Below are positions 59,231 to 64,000 of a stretch of 64,000 nt of DNA, one piece after another. Below the pieces are notes generated by a model. It searched no databases. It worked only from the letters and a program-made list of their open reading frames with translations, and was not told where the DNA came from. A program made the position numbers and the translations under genes. Positions within the stretch are counted from its first letter, which is position 1; every line of letters begins with the position of its first letter. This DNA comes from Alphaproteobacteria bacterium (lineage in GTDB: Bacteria; Pseudomonadota; Alphaproteobacteria; UBA828): contig CBDCRW010000005.1 of the NCBI GenBank assembly GCA_965221125.1, positions 64,001 through 128,000 on the forward strand, given 5' to 3'.

Positions 59231-59635
59231 GGGTTCGAGCCGGAACCGCCGTCGGGAACCACCCTTCCCCAACGGTCCGGAAGGCGCTGCGCCTCCACCG
59301 GGATACTACGTCAGGTGAGCGGCCAGTCCGTGGCCGGAAGCTTGCTTCAGGCCATGGCAGCACTTCGTCGTGTGGACGGTGGCGAGTCACCCGAAGGGCC
59401 GAAGCGAAGCGCAGGAGCGGCGCAGCCGCTTGACGCGCCGACGGCCGCGCGACACCTCGTCAGCTCTCCTCAAGCACCAGTCCAAACCTCAATCAGACAG
59501 CGACCCCGGACCGCCCGCAGAGACCATGAGCTCCTACGCTTCGATCCGGAAAAGACCGAGCAATCTGGGAAATCAGGGCAGCGATCACGTCAAATAATCT
59601 GGGAGATTCGGCGTCAAATAACGTGCGAAACAACA

Positions 59636-61301
59636 CCAGGAGGCCACCATCGAATGGTTCGACGGCCGCGTCAGCGAGCTGGAATGTGCCCTGGACGAGG
59701 CCGCAGACGAGAGGCGGTGGATGGAGGCCGATCTTGCCGATCGCCCTCTGTTGCCCGTGGCCTTCGAACGACTGCGCACCCAGGAGAAGACGATCCAATC
59801 GCTCACCGAGAAGATCCAGTCCCTCTCCGAGAAAAACGAGCGGTTGCGGGCCCGGATCACGGACCTGGAGGCGACGGTTGCCAGGCACCGTGCGAGCAGG
59901 GCCGTGCTGTCCAAGGCACTGTTCGGCAGCAAGAGCGAGCAGCAGGAGAAGCCCAGCACGGGGCGCAAGCGCGGCCAGCAGCGCGGCGCTCCCGGCCACG
60001 GCCGTACCCCGCGGCCCGGGCTCGAGGAGCGCACCGACAAGCGCAACCCGCCCAAGGACGCGCGCGCGTGCTCCTGTTGCGGCAAGCCCTATGTCGCCAA
60101 CGGCGAGCACGTCTCGACCATCATCGAGATCGAGGTCAAGGCCCACAAACGCAGGATCGTCCGCCCCCGCTGGCGCCGGGGTTGCGACTGCCCGTCCTCG
60201 CCCCTGGAAGTGACGGCGCCCCCGCCGCTGCGCCTGTTCCCCAGGACACCCTACGGAACCAGCGTGTGGGCGAGCTTCCTCTACGAGCGCTACGCCTCTC
60301 TGCGGCCCCTCAGCCAGGTCTCCGCGTGGCTGTCCGGCCTCGGTCTGCCGATCGCTGCCGGCACCCTCGCCGGCAGCGTGGAGCGCTTCATTCCTGTGTT
60401 CGAGCCCGTGGCGGACGCGATCCTCGCGCACCAGAACCAACAGGCGGTCCGTCACGGCGACGAGACCGGCTGGCGTATCCAGTCGCTGCGCGAGATCGGC
60501 CGCTCCAACCGCGCGTGGCTGTGGAACTCGGTCAGCGAGGATGCGGTCTACTTCCACTGCGACCCCTCGCGCTCGGCCGAGGCCGCGAAGACGTTGTTCG
60601 GCGATACCGCCGTCGTCGTGTTCGTGGTCTGCGACCGCCTCTCCAGCTACAAGAAGATGGCGCGCGACCTCGACGGCAAGGTGATCCTCTGCTTCTGCTG
60701 GGTCCATCAACGGCGGGACTTCATCCAATGCGCGGCCAGCCACAATCGGCTGACGGACTGGTGCCAGAGTTGGATCGAGCGCATCGCCTCGATCTACAGC
60801 CTGAACAAGGCGCGGCTGCGGCATTACGACCCCGCTCTGGAGCGCCAGACGCCACAGTTCGACGCCGCACAGAGAGAGTTGGAGAAGGCCGTCGACAAGC
60901 TGTTCGCGGACGCAAAAGCGGAACTGGCCGGCCTGCCGGCCGGCTCGCGCGAGGCCAAGCCGCTGCGCTCGCTGCTCAACCACCGCGAGGGGTTGTGCGT
61001 CTTCGTCGACAACCCGCAGGTGCCCATGGACAATAACGCTGCCGAGCGGGCGTTCAGGAAAGCGGTCATAGGACGACGCCTCAGCTTCGGATCCGACAGC
61101 GAGGACGGCGCGAAGTTCACGGCAATCATGTACTCCGTCGTCGGCACCCTCGCCATGAACGGCATCGATGTCCGGCGCTGGCTGGAGGCATGGCTGAAGA
61201 CCTGCGCGAAGAATGGCGGCAAACCGCCGGACGACTTGTCGCCCTGGCTGCCGTGGTCGATGAGCGAGAAGCGAAGGCGCAAGTTCACGGCGCCGGGATG
61301 A
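59636..61301 (+). pseudogene. IS66 TnpC transposase, C-terminal part
   Basis: LFGSKSE, RGQQRGAPGHGR, CSCCG, HGDETGW, VCDR, CWVHQRRDF, DNNAAERAFR..V.GRR.SFG. Confidence 0.92.
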
Positions 61302-62179
61302 CCGGCGCCATCGAGTGCCGCTACTACGGGCGCGACTTCACTTCGGAAGAGATGGCGCTGCTGCGCGCGCTCATCGCCGCCGACCCGCCCCTCAACCGCC
61401 ATGCCCTGTCCAAGGAGTTCTGCCGGCGCATCGGCTGGGTCAAGCCTGACGGCGGGCTCAAGGACATGATGGCCAGGGTCACCATGCTGGCCATGCACAA
61501 GGACGGTCTGATCACCCTGCCGCCGCCGAGATGGAAACCGGGTCCGCCAAAGCCCATCGTCTTCGGGCCTGACACCGAGCCGCCGCTCTTCCCCGCCCCC
61601 ACTACCCTCGATGACGTTCGCCCGCTCGAGATGCGCACCGTCGTGCGCAACACCCGGGAGGGCAAGCTCTGGAACGAGTTCGTCGCCCGCTACCACTACC
61701 TCGGCTTCAAGACCCTGGTCGGTGCCCAGATGCGCTACGCCGTCCACGGCCGCGACGGCTGGCCGCTCGCCATGCTCGGCTTCTCCACCGCCGCCTGGAA
61801 GCTCGCGCCGCGCGACAGCTTCATCGGGTGGACGCCCGAGAAGCGCGAGAAAAACCTGCCGCTGGTGGTCGACAACCCGCGTTTCCTCATCCTGCCCTGG
61901 ATCAAGATCCCAAACCTCGGCTCGCACATCCTCGCCATCGTCCGCCGCCGCCTGCCCGAGGATTGGATCGAGCGCTACAACACCACGCCCGTGCTCGTCG
62001 AGACCTTCGTCCAGAGGCCGCCCTACACCGGCGCCGTCTACAGGGCCTCGGGATGGATCCATGTCGGAACCACACAGGGGCGCGGCCGCTATGACAGATA
62101 CTCCCAAAGGGCCCTGCCGCAGAAAGACATCTGGCTCCGGCCCCTCCGAAAAGACTGGAAACGAGCACTCAACCGATGA
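61298..62179 (+). CDS. DUF4338 (Druantia DruA-like domain) protein
   Basis: WNEFVARYHYLG...LVGAQMRY, F.TAAWKLAPRD.FIGW, NPRFLILPW....NLGSHIL, PVLVETFV, YRASGW..VG.TQGRGR; ATGA overlap with tnpC. Confidence 0.85.
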   Translation: MTGAIECRYYGRDFTSEEMALLRALIAADPPLNRHALSKEFCRRIGWVKPDGGLKDMMARVTMLAMHKDGLITLPPPRWKPGPPKPIVFGPDTEPPLFPAPTTLDDVRPLEMRTVVRNTREGKLWNEFVARYHYLGFKTLVGAQMRYAVHGRDGWPLAMLGFSTAAWKLAPRDSFIGWTPEKREKNLPLVVDNPRFLILPWIKIPNLGSHILAIVRRRLPEDWIERYNTTPVLVETFVQRPPYTGAVYRASGWIHVGTTQGRGRYDRYSQRALPQKDIWLRPLRKDWKRALNR

Positions 62180-62553
62180 CATCTCGGTCCTCATCACGCA
62201 CCATCACCCGGTGACCGAAGGGATTCCAAGGTTCTGAATTTTCCTTCTGGTTTCGGGTGCCACATAGGTACCTATAGAACGCGAACCAGAGCGTACGATA
62301 TCGTACTTCTGACCACAAGGGAATTCACATAATGCACTGAATATAGTGCAATATCGTACTTCTCTCGTCTTCTAGGGCCATAACCCCAATACCATGGTGC
62401 GGTGCACGGGACGAGCCGCCGGGGGCAGGCTCTGCGGATGCAGCGCACGGACCATCGCCCTACAGGAAAGGCCGGGCCGGAGCGGCCCCGGGGAGCCGGC
62501 TCGTGGCCGGGCGCTCGTCCCGCGGCCCTCTGCCGCCGCCGGGACGGGTCAGC

Positions 62554-62634
62554 TTGTGCCACCTTGTGCCACTTTGTGCCACTTTGTGCCGCCCGTTTCG
62601 TGCCACCTTGTGCCACTTTGTGCCACTTTGTGCC
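62554..62634. repeat. 10-bp-period tandem repeat, two blocks of four TTGTGCCACY units
   Basis: Read directly from the sequence; the blocks are separated by a short GCCCGT interruption. Confidence 0.9.
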
Positions 62635-62875
62635 GGCGTATGCCGGAATATCCCGCCTTAAAGCCTTTCCGTGCAAACCAGAACCGCTCTGAGCCGTATT
62701 GCTTCACCAGGGTCATGGTCTGCGCGTCGCTGCTGCCCGGCCCGCAGGGCAGGAAAGGCGCGCGTACCCGCAGGTCGCGACACAGGCCGTGACCTTGGTG
62801 AGAATTGCGGGTTAATCTCCGGCTGCAGCGCGGCCGGCCCCGCGCGGACTTATTCGGCTTATTCGGGAGACGCGC

Positions 62876-63844
62876 ATGGCGACGACGCACCGCACCAAGG
62901 TCCTGATCATCGGCTCCGGCCCCGCCGGCTATTCCGCCGCGATCTACGCCGCGCGCGCCAATCTTGAGCCGATCATGGTGCAGGGCCTGGAGCCCGGCGG
63001 CCAGCTCACCATCACCACCGACGTCGAGAACTATCCGGGCTTCGCCGACGTCATCCAGGGGCCGTGGCTGATGGAGCAGATGGCGGGCCAGGCGCAGGCG
63101 GTGGGCACCCGGCTCATCCACGACATGGTCGTCGCCGTGGACCTCGGCACGCGGCCCTTCGTCTGCACCGGCGACTCCGGCGACGTCTACATCGGCGAGA
63201 CCGTCATCATCTGCACCGGCGCGCAGGCGAAGTGGCTGGGGCTGGAGAGCGAGCAGCGCTTCATGGGCTTCGGCGTCTCGGCCTGTGCCACGTGCGACGG
63301 CTTCTTCTTCCGCGGCAAGGAGGTCGCGGTGATCGGCGGCGGCAACACCGCCGTCGAGGAAGCGCTCTACCTCACCAACCACGCGAGCAAGGTGACGCTG
63401 GTGCACCGCCGCGATGCGCTCCGCGCCGAGAAGATCCTGCAGGACCGCCTGTTCCGCAACGACAGGATCGAGATCCTGTGGGACCATGTGCTGGACGAGA
63501 TCGAGGGCGAGAGCGATCCGCTCTCGGTGACGGGGATGGCGGTGCGCCATGTCGGCACCGGGGCGGTGCAGCGGATTCCGCTCCAGGGCGTGTTCATCGC
63601 CATCGGGCACCGCCCCAACACGGAGCTCTTCGCCGGCCTGCTCACCATGGACGATGAGGGCTACATCCAGACGATGGCGGACAGCACGAAGACGAACGTG
63701 CCGGGCGTGTTCGCCGCCGGCGACGTGCAGGACAAGGTGTTCCGCCAGGCCGTGACCGCCGCCGGCACCGGCTGCATGGGCGCGCTGGAGGCCGAGAAGT
63801 TTCTCGCCGAGGCCGAGACGCCCGCGGCCGCCGCGGCGGAGTAG
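62876..63844 (+). CDS. trxB: Thioredoxin reductase
   Basis: IIGSGPAGY, GGQLTITTDVENYPGF, SACATCDGFFF, IGGGNTAVEEA, FAAGDV, RQAVTAAGTGC. Confidence 0.98.
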   Translation: MATTHRTKVLIIGSGPAGYSAAIYAARANLEPIMVQGLEPGGQLTITTDVENYPGFADVIQGPWLMEQMAGQAQAVGTRLIHDMVVAVDLGTRPFVCTGDSGDVYIGETVIICTGAQAKWLGLESEQRFMGFGVSACATCDGFFFRGKEVAVIGGGNTAVEEALYLTNHASKVTLVHRRDALRAEKILQDRLFRNDRIEILWDHVLDEIEGESDPLSVTGMAVRHVGTGAVQRIPLQGVFIAIGHRPNTELFAGLLTMDDEGYIQTMADSTKTNVPGVFAAGDVQDKVFRQAVTAAGTGCMGALEAEKFLAEAETPAAAAAE

Positions 63845-63870
63845 GCGCCGGGCGGGCGCCAGGCGTCGCG

Positions 63871-64000
63871 ATGGACTGGAATCGCCTCCGCATCTTCCAG
63901 ACGGTCGCCGAGCACGGCAGCTTCACCCGCGCCGGCGACATCCTCGAACTCAGCCAGTCGGCGGTAAGCCGGCAGATCGCGGCTCTGGAGAAGAGCCTGG
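63871..64000 (+). CDS. LysR-family regulator, 5' part (runs off window)
   Basis: MDWNRLRIFQTVAEHGSFTRAGDILELSQSAVSRQIAALE. Confidence 0.9.
   Translation, partial: MDWNRLRIFQTVAEHGSFTRAGDILELSQSAVSRQIAALEKSL

Larger units (their letters stand above)
55015..59635 (+). mobile_element. 4621-bp four-gene DDE transposon, copy 2
   Basis: TGTTGTTT...AAACAACA ends; 5-bp TSD CCAGG (55010-55014, 59636-59640). Confidence 0.95.
54273..62226 (+). mobile_element. IS66-like element with DUF4338 gene (3328 bp without the nested transposon and one TSD)
   Basis: Imperfect 25-bp IRs GTAATCCTTCGGTCATAGAGTGATG / GAATCCCTTCGGTCACCGGGTGATG; 8-bp TSD CAAGGTTC (54265-54272, 62227-62234). Confidence 0.9.

Noticed and set aside
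61298-62179. Complete Druantia defence system
   Set aside because: Only the DUF4338 domain is present, inside IS ends; no DruE-type helicase or other dru genes are adjacent.
62554-62634. Possible CRISPR array
   Set aside because: 10-bp tandem units with no spacers.

Overview
GC-rich alphaproteobacterial-type DNA (taxon inferred from gene content). Almost the whole window (1 to about 62.3 kb) looks like one integrative, mobilizable island whose left end lies outside the window. Its backbone is a RecD-like helicase, ssb, a Toprim protein, a DUF2493/SLOG protein, a MOB-F relaxase with coupling protein, an excisionase-like HTH protein and a tyrosine integrase. It ends just before chromosomal trxB and a LysR gene. 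Cargo: a disrupted helicase-nuclease, a RutR-type pyrimidine/nucleoside catabolic operon led by a uracil-DNA-glycosylase-fold gene, a betaine-type ABC transporter with an amidinohydrolase-family gene and xsc, a multiheme cytochrome module and a subtilase. Five insertions have ends resolvable from sequence. (1) IS256, 5464-6916, 8-bp TSD. (2,3) Two apparently identical copies of a 4621-bp TGT...ACA transposon with 5-bp TSDs (8345-12965 and 55015-59635), encoding a Zn-ribbon protein, a DDE transposase, an ExeA-like ATPase and a RepA-like helicase. (4) An IS110/IS1111 element inside a barbiturase pseudogene, whose 3' non-coding end carries sequence matches to both its target and its donor junction (bridge/seekRNA). 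(5) An IS66-like element with a DUF4338 gene, 54273-62226, 8-bp TSD, which separates the integrase from its upstream signals. Product calls rest on motif recognition only; no database searches were run.
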